DNA from: a candidate division WOR-3 bacterium
GTDB lineage: Bacteria > Hydrothermota > Tepidihabitantia > Tepidihabitantales > Tepidihabitantaceae
DNA length: 64,000 nt
Assembly: GCA_965649205.1 (NCBI GenBank)
Contig: CBFGJV010000011.1
Coordinates: 1 to 64,000, forward strand
Reading direction: 5' to 3'
Shown here one piece after another: positions 29,390 through 38,885 of this stretch; the stretch's first letter is position 1, and each line of letters begins with the position of its first letter. Below the pieces are notes generated by a model, which saw only the letters and a list, made by a program, of their open reading frames with translations, did no database searches and was not told the origin of the DNA. Position numbers and translations under genes: made by a program.

Positions 29390-29484
29390 ACCGAAAGCTT
29401 GACTACCAGAGGGTATGTTCTACTATGTGACATAGGCATAAAAACGGAGGGCCGGATAAGCGGTTCTCCTAAACGTAAGGAGGA

Positions 29485-30096
29485 ATGATGGTAGAAAGAA
29501 TAGCTAGGGTTGTGCTGTTTGCAGTTCTGTTTGTCATCCCTGCGCAGGCATTAGCCGGGGCTGCGGATGCAAATAGCTATTTTCTTTCCGGTCAGATGGG
29601 CGCAGGGCTGAATCTGGGCAGCGGAGGCGGGTTCGACCTGCAGATTGCACCACGTGGACTTTACTTTCCAATGCAGAGTCTGGGTTTGGGTGCGGAGCTC
29701 GACCTTGGCTACGGCAGCCAGTCTAATTTCAGTTATACCAGTCTGGCCATTGGACCCAGAGTAGCCTACTTCGTGAAGTTGGAGGGACGTAGGTACCCCC
29801 GGGGATGCTGCCTTACACCCTATCTAGGTACAAACAACATGTGGATGCCCTACGGGGGATTGTCCGTTATGTTTCTTTTGCACTCCAGCAAGTTCGGTTC
29901 TACTACAAGTACCGCTACTGGCTACAAGGCCAGACTGGGGGTTGGCGCGGCTCCTCGTATAGGCGACAGGGGCACAGCCTTCATGGAAATCGGTTTTGAG
30001 ACGTCCAAGCTGTCGGGTAGCACATCAGTTGCCAGCAGTTCCTCTGGAAACAGATTGTATCTGGAAGGCGGGTTCGGAGCTTTTCTTTTTCGCTGA
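29485..30096 (+). CDS. Outer-membrane beta-barrel protein
   Basis: Signal peptide (AQA/ALA), alternating Gly/aromatic beta strands, aromatic C-terminus FLFR; AAGGAGG RBS. Confidence 0.75.
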   Translation: MMVERIARVVLFAVLFVIPAQALAGAADANSYFLSGQMGAGLNLGSGGGFDLQIAPRGLYFPMQSLGLGAELDLGYGSQSNFSYTSLAIGPRVAYFVKLEGRRYPRGCCLTPYLGTNNMWMPYGGLSVMFLLHSSKFGSTTSTATGYKARLGVGAAPRIGDRGTAFMEIGFETSKLSGSTSVASSSSGNRLYLEGGFGAFLFR

Positions 30097-30114
30097 ACTC
30101 TAGTGCAGGAATTG

Positions 30115-30150
30115 GCCGGCCTCCGAAAACCGGAGGCCGGCTGTTATTAT
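30115..30150. terminator. Hairpin between convergent genes
   Basis: GCCGGCCTCCG-AAAAC-CGGAGGCCGGC then TGTTATTAT. Confidence 0.75.
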
Positions 30151-31778
30151 TAGTGATAAGAGCGAGAGAACTTTGCTTTGGCGACGCAACGTCCACAAGG
30201 CTCCAGCAGACGGCAGAAGTATACACCGGAGGGAAGCGGTTGACCTGTGTCGTCTCTGCCGTCCCAGATAGTTTGGAAGGCAGCAGGAATCGTGCGTACC
30301 GTTCTACCGGAAGCGTTGCTTATCTGCAGCAGGCTGCCGCGTTTGGTTAAACCAGCAACACGGAAACAGGTGGCCTGGCTGAAAACAGTTGGAAACACAG
30401 TTAGACGTATGGGGCCGGACAGCCGAGGTTGGGGAGCATTCAGAGCAGTCAGAGGTACGACTCGAATTGTACCGTCGTAGGGAATCAGATTCTGTCCGGT
30501 TACAACCAGCCTTATTTCGCCCGTGTCGCGTGGCTCCACGTAGAGCAGGACCTGACCGGCGAAGTCGCTGGTGTCGTGGACACAGAAGGAAGATTTCATC
30601 GAGGCACATACTGTGGCCCCTCCCACTGGCTCAGAATCACTGTAAACATTTATCAGTATCCACTGAGGGGCAGCGGATATTTCCATGGGCTGGTCAATAT
30701 GCAGGCGACGAGGAGTTGCGGTCCAGATGGACAGTTCCGGGTCGCCGAGCAGATTGAAGCCGCGGTAATCGCTTGTTTTGGTGGGGTACTCAGCATACAG
30801 CTGATTTCGCGCCCGTATAGCAGCTTTGCCTAGTTTGTATATGTTTTCTACGAAAAGGCCGGTGAAGAACCCGCGTGATACGGCGCTCCTTACCTGGGCT
30901 ACGCCCGAGGCAGAATGGGTATTACCAAAGAAGGCTACAGCTCCCTTGAGATTGCCGATAGTGCCGGCTTTGAGCCATGCTTCTCCCACCATAGAGTCAT
31001 TGGGATATAGAGTCATTGTCTCGCAAGTAATGGAGAGAATGATTGGCAGCATTTTGCGGTTGGAGGTCTGGGCAGGGTCTAAAGCAAAGGGTGTACGCCA
31101 ATTGCCGCCGGCGGTGCCACGATAGAGTACGAGGCCGGTGCCGGAGTCTATGCATTTGATTACGTCACTAGCGTCGTTTCCCCGCAGGGAGGAGAGGGTG
31201 TCACACTCGGTGAAACCAGCCTGACCTGCCAGTTCCGCAGCCATTCGGGCGTCGGCCCAGTAGGTGGGCCAGTCACTGTCGTTGTAGTCCCGGACGATAG
31301 CGGTCAGACCCAACATCCAGTCTGGTTTGGTCAAGTCCGGTTTTACGGCGTAAGCCATGGTCTTGGCTATCATTACTTCAAGCTGAGAGCTGGATTTGGC
31401 TGGAAATCTTCCCACTGCCAGTTCAGAGCGCAGGTCGCCCTCCATATCTGAGTAGATATGGTCTGTGGCATAGTTAACTTGGCCGGTGTAGACCCGGGCC
31501 GGCAAGGCTGTGGGTGAACCTACGAGCAGCACATATTCCGGCCTAAGAGGCCAGGTGTTATACGCCTGTTTGATGTAGTTTCTTATGCTGGTAGTATCAG
31601 CACCAATTTCTGACAGTTTCACTACCTTGGTTTCAAGCCCGGTCGCCTGCTTCCATTCCGCGAAAGGCTGGATAGTCGGAGCCAAGTCGTCGGTAGTTAT
31701 GATCAGATACCGTGCACCATCCAATGCGACTGCGAAGTTGATAATTAAGGCAGCCAGAAGCAATATGGTGGTTTTCAT
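30150..31778 (-). CDS. Peptidase C25 (gingipain-like) with C-terminal sorting/FlgD-like domain
   Basis: YLIIT, PEYVLLVG, ELAVGRFP, FNLLGDP, IWDGRDDTG..LPSGVYF; signal peptide. Confidence 0.88.
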   Translation of the reverse strand: MKTTILLLAALIINFAVALDGARYLIITTDDLAPTIQPFAEWKQATGLETKVVKLSEIGADTTSIRNYIKQAYNTWPLRPEYVLLVGSPTALPARVYTGQVNYATDHIYSDMEGDLRSELAVGRFPAKSSSQLEVMIAKTMAYAVKPDLTKPDWMLGLTAIVRDYNDSDWPTYWADARMAAELAGQAGFTECDTLSSLRGNDASDVIKCIDSGTGLVLYRGTAGGNWRTPFALDPAQTSNRKMLPIILSITCETMTLYPNDSMVGEAWLKAGTIGNLKGAVAFFGNTHSASGVAQVRSAVSRGFFTGLFVENIYKLGKAAIRARNQLYAEYPTKTSDYRGFNLLGDPELSIWTATPRRLHIDQPMEISAAPQWILINVYSDSEPVGGATVCASMKSSFCVHDTSDFAGQVLLYVEPRDTGEIRLVVTGQNLIPYDGTIRVVPLTALNAPQPRLSGPIRLTVFPTVFSQATCFRVAGLTKRGSLLQISNASGRTVRTIPAAFQTIWDGRDDTGQPLPSGVYFCRLLEPCGRCVAKAKFSRSYH

Positions 31779-32407
31779 TAGGGAATCTGGGACATTGCCG
31801 GACGGTTTTTTGACCATGCAAATGAAGCTTCAATTGTAAATTCTAATCGTCTGCCCTGATTGGTCAAGCAGCAGGGTAGGAAATACCGTTGCCGGGTGGA
31901 AGCAAATGGGTTGAAGCTCGGGAATACTTGTGTTTCCCTAAAGATGGTTTTCTGGTGGAAAAGAGGGGAGAAAGGCGAATTATGGGTTTGACACGGAAAT
32001 TGATGGAGGATTGACCCCCGGTCGCTTAGGATACAAGTTTCCGGAAAGGACGGAGACACTAATCGGAAAGTAACTGATCGGGTAAGTGATTTAAAGCATG
32101 AAAGATAGGATTGATGGTGCAGAATCAATTTCGGATAAGGGTGGAATATGAGGTGGAGTTTCAAGAACAGGCCGTCCTTCGGCTTCTGGTTGGTACGCGG
32201 GCGGATGTATGGAGTTAGATGTAAGCTTACCTGTCGGCAGATTTAGAGCGTGATGCAAACTATAAAGGCGTAGACTTATATCTCCATGCGGGTTACAGTT
32301 GTTCGTGTACTGTAGAGGGTGTGACTCACCTACGTGTCTTATATGCTGACATTGTGCTGGCTTTCAGAGCCAATACTGGTTGGTTTGGTTGGCAGGAGCG
32401 TCAGAAG

Positions 32408-33499
32408 TCAGGTGGTGAGATTGATTTCTGTTTGGGGGTCAAAAAAGTGAAGTTTCGCAAGGTCAAAGGAGATTGCTATCTTGGTGCCGGGTTTGGGTGC
32501 ACAGTTGGGGGGGACACGGGCAATGAGGGAGGCGTCCTGAAGTTTAAGGTAAAGGATGTTTTCGTTGCCCATCAGTTCTGCCACTTCTACCAAAGCTAAA
32601 GCATGAGGTTCAGAGTCAGTTTGCGTGGCGGCGATGATATTCTCCGGCCGAATACCCATAGTTACCGTCTGACCGGAAAGACGCTGGAGTCTGGGGGAAA
32701 GGGTAGGGGGTAATGTAAGAGTGAAAGCGGGATGAATGAATCGCACGGGGTTTTGCTCTATTCTGCCTTCCAGAAAGTTCATCGGTGGCGAGCCGATGAA
32801 TCCGGCTACGAAGCGGTTGGCTGGTCTGTTGTAGAGAGTCAAGGGGTCGTCCACCTGAAGAAGTCTGCCGTCTTTCATTACTCCAATACGTTGGCCCAAA
32901 GTCATAGCTTCTACCTGGTCATGGGTGACATAGAACACTGTGGTCTCCAGACGGAGGTGCAGGCGGGCCAATTCGGCTCTCATTCCTACTCGGAGTTTGG
33001 CGTCCAGATTGGAGAGGGGTTCATCGAACAGAAATACCTGCGGATGACGAACAATGGCGCGACCCACGGCTACACGTTGGCGCTGTCCGCCAGACAAAGC
33101 AGCCGGTTTGCGGTTAAGCAGTTCGGAAATACCCAGTATTCTTGCTGCTTCTTCTACGCGTTGTTTGATTTCCGGCTTCGGTACCTTGCGTAGTTTCAGG
33201 GCAAAGGCCATATTTTCGTACACGGTCATATGAGGGTAAAGGGCATAGTTCTGGAATACCATAGCCACGTCGCGGTCTTTGGGTTCCAAGTTATTTACCA
33301 GCCGGTCACCAATGTAGATCTCGCCGGAGGTGGCTTCGTCCAGACCGGCAATCATACGCAGAGTGGTGGATTTGCCGCACCCCGAGGGACCGACCAGGAC
33401 GAAAAACTCCTTGTCCCTCACCTCCAAGTTCAAATGGTCAACGGCAACTACGCCTTTGTCGAACACTTTGGTTAGGTCTTTGAGAAGAATTCGACTCAT
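32408..33499 (-). CDS. Sugar ABC transporter ATPase (MalK/UgpC/MsmX family)
   Basis: GPSGCGKST, FQNYALYPHM, LSGGQRQR, DEPLSNLDA, TOBE tail. Confidence 0.95.
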   Translation of the reverse strand: MSRILLKDLTKVFDKGVVAVDHLNLEVRDKEFFVLVGPSGCGKSTTLRMIAGLDEATSGEIYIGDRLVNNLEPKDRDVAMVFQNYALYPHMTVYENMAFALKLRKVPKPEIKQRVEEAARILGISELLNRKPAALSGGQRQRVAVGRAIVRHPQVFLFDEPLSNLDAKLRVGMRAELARLHLRLETTVFYVTHDQVEAMTLGQRIGVMKDGRLLQVDDPLTLYNRPANRFVAGFIGSPPMNFLEGRIEQNPVRFIHPAFTLTLPPTLSPRLQRLSGQTVTMGIRPENIIAATQTDSEPHALALVEVAELMGNENILYLKLQDASLIARVPPNCAPKPGTKIAISFDLAKLHFFDPQTEINLTT

Positions 33500-33505
33500 A
33501 TCTGG

Positions 33506-34336
33506 TTACCTAGTAGACTCCTGGGGTTGCCACAGCAGGCTCAGTACCTTGGCAAGTGTTTCCTTAAGGTCACGGCGCTGGACCACCATATCCAAGGTGC
33601 CGTGTTTCAGACAGAACTCGGCAGTCTGAAAACCGGGAGGTAGTTTTTCCCCGATGGTGCCTTCAATAGTGCGACGACCGGCGAAGCCGATGAGTGCGCC
33701 GGGTTCGGAGATATTCAGGTCGCCCAGCATGGCAAAGGAAGCAGATACACCGCCGGTGCAGGGGTCTACGGGTATAGATATATAAGGCACGCCTTCCCGG
33801 CGCAACAGCCCGATTTCTGCTGCAGTTTTGGCCATTTGCATCAGGGAGAACATACTTTCCTGCATGCGGGCACCGCCGGAGGTAGCGATAATAATTAGAG
33901 GTAATCTTTCGGTACGGGCCAGTCTGGCAGCCCGGGCAATTTTCTCTCCTACAACTGAGCCCATACTTCCGCCCATAAAGCCGAAGTCCATAACGCCGAA
34001 TACAACCCGAATCCCGTAAATAGCAGCCCGGCCATATATGAAGGCATCCTTGCGACCTGTTTTTTTCTGGGCCTGTCGTATTTTTTCTTCATATTCGGGA
34101 AAGCCTAAGGGATCAGCCGGGGCCAGATCGGCATCCAGCTCTTCCAGTTTGCCGTCGTCAAGCAAGATAGAGATATACTGCTCTGGGGTGATGCGAAAGT
34201 GGTGGCCACAGCGTGTACAGACAAAGTAGTTAGATTCCAGAGTTTTCCGATAGAGGATTTCCGAGCAGCCTTCACACCGAAGCCAGAGGCCATCCGGGGT
34301 CTGAGACTTGCCCGTAGGGACAGATTGCACAGGCAT
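33506..34336 (-). CDS. accD: Acetyl-CoA carboxylase carboxyltransferase beta subunit
   Basis: CEGC...CTRC Zn finger, FMGGSMG, SGGARMQE, TGGVSAS, IGFAG. Confidence 0.95.
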   Translation of the reverse strand: MPVQSVPTGKSQTPDGLWLRCEGCSEILYRKTLESNYFVCTRCGHHFRITPEQYISILLDDGKLEELDADLAPADPLGFPEYEEKIRQAQKKTGRKDAFIYGRAAIYGIRVVFGVMDFGFMGGSMGSVVGEKIARAARLARTERLPLIIIATSGGARMQESMFSLMQMAKTAAEIGLLRREGVPYISIPVDPCTGGVSASFAMLGDLNISEPGALIGFAGRRTIEGTIGEKLPPGFQTAEFCLKHGTLDMVVQRRDLKETLAKVLSLLWQPQESTR

Positions 34337-34342
34337 TGCGGA

Positions 34343-34370
34343 AGTATAGAAGTGCCACTGAAAGTGTCAA
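34343..34370 (-). promoter_or_regulatory. accD promoter (leaderless geometry)
   Basis: TTGACA, 16 nt, TATACT, 6 nt, ATG. Confidence 0.65.
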
Positions 34371-34403
34371 CAGTCGAGCTGTTTTCATGCCGGTGACTCA
34401 GGG

Positions 34404-34432
34404 TTGACCCTGGGTTGAACACAGTCTATGCT
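34404..34432 (+). promoter_or_regulatory. Promoter for the DUF4203-like gene (leaderless geometry)
   Basis: TTGACC, 17 nt, TATGCT, 6 nt, ATG 34439. Confidence 0.6.
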
Positions 34433-34438
34433 TTCAAT

Positions 34439-35032
34439 ATGAATACAACCGGTGTAGCGGCTGGCGTACTTAGCGTGGTGCTGGGAGTGTTGGTGTGTTT
34501 TTTCGGCTACAGGCTGCTGCGGGGTACTCTGGCGGTGGCTGGATTTACCGTGGGTGCTTTGCTGGGAGCTGCCCTAGCTTCGTCAGTGCTGCACAGTTCA
34601 GGAGTGTTTGTAGTGGTGGTGGCGGTAGTGGCCGGCATTCTGGGCGGGGTACTGGCTGCGGTGCTTTACAAGGCTGGGGTGTTTCTTCTCGGTGCGGTCG
34701 GTACCGCATTGCTCGTGGGAGTGGTTATCGTCAGCACTGGTGGGATGCCAAAGACATTGATATTAATTTTGTTTGGTATCGCCGGCGGACTGCTAACCTT
34801 GCTATTTCAGAGGCTACTAGTCTGCATACTGACAGCTTTTACCGGAGCAGGAGGAGTGGCGTTGGGTATATTCCAGTTGTGCGGCTGGTACGCAGGTGAC
34901 ATTAGTTACCAAGCCCTTACCCAGTTGCGTTCTGCGATAAAACATTTGGACTGGATGGTGGTGTTGTGGGGCGTGCTGGCCATTGCCGGCACTGTTGTGC
35001 AGTTACGGCAGCATTACAAGAGAAAGAGGTAG
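34439..35032 (+). CDS. DUF4203/TMEM198-like membrane protein
   Basis: CFFGYRL, Gly-rich TM helices, TAFTGA. Confidence 0.75.
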   Translation: MNTTGVAAGVLSVVLGVLVCFFGYRLLRGTLAVAGFTVGALLGAALASSVLHSSGVFVVVVAVVAGILGGVLAAVLYKAGVFLLGAVGTALLVGVVIVSTGGMPKTLILILFGIAGGLLTLLFQRLLVCILTAFTGAGGVALGIFQLCGWYAGDISYQALTQLRSAIKHLDWMVVLWGVLAIAGTVVQLRQHYKRKR

Positions 35033-35035
35033 AAA

Positions 35036-35314
35036 GTGAAGAGAGACGGTAAAAGTGATATACCTGGACCGCAACGAGAGCATTTGCAACATGGCCGGGT
35101 AGGACAAGAGATGCTTTTTCTGGTAGAGCAGTCCCCAGATGGCGGTTATAGTGCCCGGTGCGAGGGTGAATGTGTGTTTACCGAGGCAGACAGCTTAGAA
35201 GAGTTGCATCAGCAGGTGCGGGACGCAGTATGCTGTCATTGTGGAGAAGAATGCCCCGAAAGAATAAGGCTCAGGTTTTCAGGGTCAGGTCGGGAAGAGG
35301 TCATTAGTCCGTGA
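35036..35314 (+). CDS. hicB: Short HicB-like antitoxin (start uncertain)
   Basis: FLVEQSPDGGYSA...FTEADSLEEL...DAV; overlaps hicA. Confidence 0.75.
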   Translation: MKRDGKSDIPGPQREHLQHGRVGQEMLFLVEQSPDGGYSARCEGECVFTEADSLEELHQQVRDAVCCHCGEECPERIRLRFSGSGREEVISP

Positions 35315-35562
35315 AGTTGCCGCGGGACATGTCAGGAGCGCAGATGGTGCGAGTACTGCGGCGCCTGGGATATGAGGTGATACGACAGTCAGGGAGCCAT
35401 GTGCAACTGGCTGTAAGCCGTAACGGTTTTGTCCACAAATTGACCATACCGATGCACAAACAGTTGAGAATAGGCACTCTGGATGGTGTGTTGGAAGCGG
35501 TAGCGGCGCACCTAGGGATGGAAAGAAGTCGCGTAGAGGAGAAGGTTTTGATCGGCCGATAG
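35311..35562 (+). CDS. hicA: HicA-family mRNA interferase toxin
   Basis: LGYEVIRQSGSH, TIPMH, IGTL. Confidence 0.9.
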   Translation: MKLPRDMSGAQMVRVLRRLGYEVIRQSGSHVQLAVSRNGFVHKLTIPMHKQLRIGTLDGVLEAVAAHLGMERSRVEEKVLIGR

Positions 35563-35620
35563 CCGATTTACCCAGTGGCTTATAGGAATAACATACACTT
35601 TTACTAGAAAGGATTGTGGT

Positions 35621-38200
35621 ATGAGAAGAGCAGTGATTTTGTGGGTGGTACTGGTGATGGCCGCCAGGGCAGGTGAATTTCTGGGCGTAGTATCAGGAAC
35701 CAGACCAGAAGCGCTGACTGAGCATGTGGCAGTTGTAGGAATGATGGGGGATGAGGTGATAGTCGTGGGTAAAGATACTTCCAGTATTGTGCTGGCTGGA
35801 GGTCGTGTGCTGGACGAGATTATGCCTCATAAGCGTTACCTGCGTGTTCATCTGCTGGCAGGTGCTGAAGACGTAGAATTGTATGCTCTAGGCCGAGTAC
35901 TTCTTGTTGCCGGAGAAGAATATCTGGTGGTTACCGATGAGTCAGGTGAGCAGAGTATACCCGGACTGCGGGCGTTGGTAGCACCTCTGAACTTGGAGTC
36001 CTGGGTTATGTCCGGGAAGGATACGGGCGATAAAGATCGGGAACCGATTCTGCCCCAGGTAAAGGCTGATCCGCTAATACAGCGAATGGTAGAAATGGTC
36101 TCGTCGGATACGGTTTTGTCCTATGTCCGACGACTGCAGCAGTATCGCAGCCGCTATTCCACCGGTGATTCCTGTAAGGCAGCGGCTCAGTGGCTGGCTG
36201 CCCGGTTTCGCGCCTATGGATGCGATACCGTAATTTTGCAGCATCATACCACAAACCATGCGCCGAATGTTATTGGCGTGAAGTACGGTGTTCTCGGGCA
36301 GCGTAACCTTTATGCGATTATTTCCGGCCACTTTGATTCTTATGCGGCTTCAAATGCACCGGGTGCAGACGACAATGCCTCGGGTACCGCCGCTACACTG
36401 GAAGCGTGCCGGGTTATGAAGGATTACCGGTTTGAGAGGGATTTGCGGTACATTGCCTGGTCGGGCGAGGAATTTGGCCTCTATGGCAGCAAGTACTATG
36501 CGAGTCAGGCGCGAGCAAAAGGAGACAGCATACTTGCGGTGTTGAACTTTGACATGATTGGTTATGCGGACACTCGGCCGGAGAATTTAGACTTGATGGC
36601 CAAGAATGCTAATCCGGCATGTGGTCCGCTGGCACAGTGGTTCCGGGCAGTGGCCGATACTTACACTGCTTTGCGTTGTACAGTGCAGATGATGAACGAT
36701 AACCAGAATTCCGATCATGGCCCCTTCTGGAACAACGGCTATCTTGCCCTGACGGGTATAGAGGATTTCTGGCCTTCCAATCCTTACTACCATACCTCTC
36801 GCGATTCCATCGGGTTCGGATATAACGATAACGAGTTCTGTACGCAGGTGACGCGAGCCGCGGTGGCCGCTTTGGCTACCCTGGGACGGCCACTGGCTCC
36901 AGACAAACCCTGGTTGAGTTTTCAGCGAAGCTGGATAAACGACTCGGTAGGTAACCGCAATGGTCGCTGGGACCCAAATGAGAGCGTGGCGGTGTATGTC
37001 AAGTTGCGCAATATGGGAACCGAGTCGGCCCACGGCGTAACGGCGCTTCTCATAACGGAGGACCCGCTTGTCACCGTGCACCGGTCAGAGGCTTTCTACG
37101 GGGATGTGCGTGGTCAGGACAGTGCTCAGTGTCTGGAACCATATTGGGTGAGCGCGGCGGTTCATACCCCGCAGGAACATCAGGTTATGTTCCAGCTGAC
37201 TATTATCTCCGCAGAAAGTACTTGGACTGATCGGTTCAGTTTGACTGTGGGCGAGATACTGTCCACAGACCCGATACCGGATGGACCACGACTGCCGCCT
37301 CTATACTGGGCTTTTGATGATATTGACCGCAGGTACGAACAATGTCCTGAGTTCTCCTGGGTAGAAATAAGAGGAAGGGGGATGAAGCTCAGTTTCAGCC
37401 ATAATGATTCGGTGAAAGTGGTGAATTTGCCATCAGAGTTCGGTCCCTGGCGATTCTACGGTCAACGTTATACGCAGGTGTCTATCAGCGCAGACGGTTG
37501 GATTTGCCCGGGCAACAATCGGCAGCCCTACTATACCAACGTACCTTTGCCACATGCTTCGACGCCTCCGGGGGCAGTTTTTCTCAACTGGGACGATCTG
37601 TATCCGGATACTTCCCGTACTGTGTGGTATTGGCACGATATGGCAAATCGCCGGTTCATCGTGGAATACGACAGTGTGGCCTACTATGCTGCACGTACCT
37701 TGCGAGATAAGTTTCAGGTGTTGATATACGATACCACCTCGGCGCCCGGCTCCGGTAATAATCTAATAGTTGTGCAATATCTGACGGCCAACGGTTATAC
37801 CAGCTCCACCGTGGGAATTCAGGACCCTTCGCGTCAGATTGCAATTCAGTACTTGTACAACGGTTTGCTGGCAAAAGGAGCGGCAGGTATTGTTCCTGGC
37901 CGGGCCATAGCCTACTGGGCGGATATGCCAACCGGGATCGTAGAGGAGCGGTTGCCGCATACAGCCCGACGTGCTAACTACTGCGGTCCAACCATAGTCA
38001 GGGGAATTTTGAGATGGGGAGAATATGAGAGAGGTGCAGGCTGCCGGGCGGAGTTGCTGAATACGGCGGGAAGAAAGGTAATGGAGTTAACAGAGGGAGT
38101 GAATGACCTTCGCGGCCTGGCGCCAGGTGTTTATTTTCTCTTAGAACCAGGGTTTGGGACCCAGTCGCAGATGGTGCGGAAGGTGATAGTGGCGAAGTAG
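35621..38200 (+). CDS. M28 family metallopeptidase with C-terminal sorting-type domain
   Basis: GHFDS, GADDNASG, SGEEFGL, NFDMIG, SDH, YHT; LAPGVYF tail. Confidence 0.9.
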   Translation: MRRAVILWVVLVMAARAGEFLGVVSGTRPEALTEHVAVVGMMGDEVIVVGKDTSSIVLAGGRVLDEIMPHKRYLRVHLLAGAEDVELYALGRVLLVAGEEYLVVTDESGEQSIPGLRALVAPLNLESWVMSGKDTGDKDREPILPQVKADPLIQRMVEMVSSDTVLSYVRRLQQYRSRYSTGDSCKAAAQWLAARFRAYGCDTVILQHHTTNHAPNVIGVKYGVLGQRNLYAIISGHFDSYAASNAPGADDNASGTAATLEACRVMKDYRFERDLRYIAWSGEEFGLYGSKYYASQARAKGDSILAVLNFDMIGYADTRPENLDLMAKNANPACGPLAQWFRAVADTYTALRCTVQMMNDNQNSDHGPFWNNGYLALTGIEDFWPSNPYYHTSRDSIGFGYNDNEFCTQVTRAAVAALATLGRPLAPDKPWLSFQRSWINDSVGNRNGRWDPNESVAVYVKLRNMGTESAHGVTALLITEDPLVTVHRSEAFYGDVRGQDSAQCLEPYWVSAAVHTPQEHQVMFQLTIISAESTWTDRFSLTVGEILSTDPIPDGPRLPPLYWAFDDIDRRYEQCPEFSWVEIRGRGMKLSFSHNDSVKVVNLPSEFGPWRFYGQRYTQVSISADGWICPGNNRQPYYTNVPLPHASTPPGAVFLNWDDLYPDTSRTVWYWHDMANRRFIVEYDSVAYYAARTLRDKFQVLIYDTTSAPGSGNNLIVVQYLTANGYTSSTVGIQDPSRQIAIQYLYNGLLAKGAAGIVPGRAIAYWADMPTGIVEERLPHTARRANYCGPTIVRGILRWGEYERGAGCRAELLNTAGRKVMELTEGVNDLRGLAPGVYFLLEPGFGTQSQMVRKVIVAK

Positions 38201-38227
38201 TGTACGCAAGCCAGCAGATGCGGCCTG

Positions 38228-38452
38228 ATGATTACCCTTCTGCTTACCGTCTGGATAGGGATAATGGTGGCGCTAGCCTTGCTTGTGGCCTGGTTGCTTG
38301 TTTCCCGATTTCCGGAGGTGTTTTTTCAGAGCAGAAACTGGCGCGACAGCGCTGAGGGGAGAAGAGTACGGATGGTGCTTCTGGTTGGAGCTGGTGTGGG
38401 CGTGATTACAGCCGGAGTCAGTCTCGTTCTGTTTTTCGTGCGTCGGGCGTAG
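38228..38452 (+). CDS. Small two-TM hypothetical protein
   Basis: Two hydrophobic helices. Confidence 0.55.
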   Translation: MITLLLTVWIGIMVALALLVAWLLVSRFPEVFFQSRNWRDSAEGRRVRMVLLVGAGVGVITAGVSLVLFFVRRA

Positions 38453-38885
38453 CCGGCTTTGCAGGATTGGGCAGGAGAAATCCTACAAGCGGAGACCAGT
38501 CGGTGTACCACTTCCAGTTGGGACTGTAGCCCCTTACCCGCCACCAGTAGGCTCCGTGCCGGTAGAACCCTACACTAGTTTCGCCTCCGTAGATTTTGTT
38601 CTGGAATGCATACTGTTTTTCCGGCACCGACAAAGAATCGGTGTAAACCTCCACCTGATAGTAGTACGCTCCTGACACAATCTGCCATTTCAGAGCTACG
38701 TCCTGAGGATATGCATAGTGCGGAATCAAAGTATCGTTTTTCGGCTCGATCTGCACCGGCGGAGCCGGAGGGTCTTGTTTCTGCGGATCATGAGGAGCGA
38801 AGCCAAAGGGATTCTGGCAGATGGAGAAAAACAGGATAGATGTAAGCAGCAATAGACTAAGACGCACCGAAGCGAGCAGTTTCAC
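38418..38885 (-). CDS. Secreted/lipoprotein with Fn3-like beta domain
   Basis: Signal peptide with Cys; LKWQ..GAYYYQVEV, YWWRVR, WS pattern. Confidence 0.65.
   Translation of the reverse strand: MKLLASVRLSLLLLTSILFFSICQNPFGFAPHDPQKQDPPAPPVQIEPKNDTLIPHYAYPQDVALKWQIVSGAYYYQVEVYTDSLSVPEKQYAFQNKIYGGETSVGFYRHGAYWWRVRGYSPNWKWYTDWSPLVGFLLPNPAKPATPDARKTERD

Noticed and set aside
29346..29397. Hammerhead ribozyme suggested by CTGACGA...GAAA
   Set aside because: I could not build stems I-III around the core; it is better explained as a direct repeat next to the transposase.
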